Position numbers and translations under genes: made by a program
Shown here: positions 25,306 through 26,245 of the stretch, piece after piece
Position numbering within the stretch: position 1 is the stretch's first letter
How the letters are laid out: each line of letters begins with the position of its first letter
Assembly: GCA_048938025.1 (NCBI GenBank)
Contig: JBHLMP010000003.1
Location: 89,354 to 115,598, forward strand
From: Promethearchaeota archaeon
GTDB taxonomy: Archaea; Asgardarchaeota; Lokiarchaeia; Sigyniarchaeales; SOKP01
DNA length: 26,245 nt
Reading direction: 5' to 3'
Notes under the pieces: generated by a model
The model's database searches: none
What the model was told of the DNA's origin: nothing
The model's input: only the letters and a program-made list of their open reading frames with translations

Positions 25306-26245
25306 TTAGCTCTCTTTAAATTGATATAAAGTTTCACATATAATTGGATCTTGAGTCATTTCACATCTTGCTTTGAGTAAAGGAATAACTCTTTTTTTAA
25401 TATTTTTATCTCCATATTTAACAGTTCGACCTAAAATTAAAGCTATTGATTGTTGGATTTCTAATGATCTTTCAGCACTAAGATTTTGTAGGAGCTTTGA
25501 TAAAATTTTATTAATTCCTACATCTCGAATTATTTCAACCAAGATATTAACTATACTAGTTCTTACTTCTTTTGATTTATCTCCTAATAAATCAACTATT
25601 ATATCGAATAGTTCCTCAATTTGATTACTATAAATTTTCAATAATCTCGTTGATGCTTCTCTCACGTTATAGTCTTTACTTATAAAATTCTTTGATAATT
25701 TTTCGAAAGAGAGATGTGATGTATTAACTTCTTCTATTTTCGATAACATCTTTAACGCAGTTCTCTTGACCCAATTTTCTTCATCATCAAGTAGATGAAC
25801 AAGTTTCCCTATAATTTCTTCTTTATTTTCAATGTAATCAATAAGTATCCCTAAGCTAGAGGCTGCTGCTTCTCGAACAATCCATTCCTCATCAATTAAA
25901 GCAGTATTAATTAAAGAATTGGCTGTTAATAATGTATCTCTTTTACCTATAAAACCTAAAATCCTTGTGCTTGTCTCACGTATAAATGAATCTTTATCAG
26001 AGAGAAAATTAATAACATTACTGACCGGAATAATTTCTGGTGAACTTTTAGCAATTTCCAACAAAGATTTAAATAATGTAATTTTTACTGACGCCTCCTG
26101 CTCATTGATAGCTTGAAAAATTTCAGAGATTAAAGGTTTTATTAAAATAGGATTTTTTTTAGCTATTGTTGAAATAATTTTTGAAGATTCTTTTTTAATC
26201 TGCTTATTTTTATCTTTTTCCAATAACGTGATAATTGGTTTCATT
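25306..26245 (-). CDS. HEAT-repeat (alpha-solenoid) protein, probably truncated by the right edge
   Basis: Recurring motifs about 38 aa apart: LSDKDSFIRE, LIDEEWIVREAAA, LDDEENWVKR, SKDYNVRE, LGDKSKEVR. The ATG at 26244 sits at the window edge and may be internal. Confidence 0.85.
   Translation of the reverse strand, partial: MKPIITLLEKDKNKQIKKESSKIISTIAKKNPILIKPLISEIFQAINEQEASVKITLFKSLLEIAKSSPEIIPVSNVINFLSDKDSFIRETSTRILGFIGKRDTLLTANSLINTALIDEEWIVREAAASSLGILIDYIENKEEIIGKLVHLLDDEENWVKRTALKMLSKIEEVNTSHLSFEKLSKNFISKDYNVREASTRLLKIYSNQIEELFDIIVDLLGDKSKEVRTSIVNILVEIIRDVGINKILSKLLQNLSAERSLEIQQSIALILGRTVKYGDKNIKKRVIPLLKARCEMTQDPIICETLYQFKES

Noticed and set aside
22673-26116. ORFs at 22673, 23778, 25373 and 25919
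   Set aside because: Antisense shadows of the GTPase, mcm and HEAT-repeat genes.

Overview
AT-rich archaeal window, very probably from an Asgard archaeon of the Lokiarchaeia type. This is inferred from the Rab-like small GTPase, the HEAT-repeat protein, the archaeal MCM, the GGTG-type Shine-Dalgarno motifs and a Loki-style C-terminal zinc ribbon. Left to right: (1) a bacterial-type leucyl-tRNA synthetase on the minus strand that runs off the left edge and is missing from the ORF track; (2) a five-gene plus-strand cofactor cluster, LipS2 - lipoate ligase/LipM-like - LipS1 - CofE/nitroreductase fusion (FbiB-like) - CofD; (3) a seven-gene, about 12.3 kb minus-strand envelope locus: a 1487-aa membrane-anchored transglutaminase-fold protein lacking its catalytic Cys and His and carrying tandem Ig-like repeats, two DUF4129-like proteins, a DUF4350-like protein, a MoxR AAA+ ATPase, a DUF58/vWA protein and an unknown multi-pass membrane protein; (4) a proline-rich/coiled-coil/zinc-ribbon protein, an HDAC-family deacetylase, a Rab-like GTPase, MCM and a partial HEAT-repeat protein. 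The best candidate for an undescribed system is the pseudo-transglutaminase/MoxR locus. Two genes (DUF58 and MCM) appear to start at near-cognate codons (ATC, ACG) behind well-spaced SD motifs. No RNA genes, CRISPR arrays or mobile elements were recognised. All family calls come from motif recognition by eye, not database searches.
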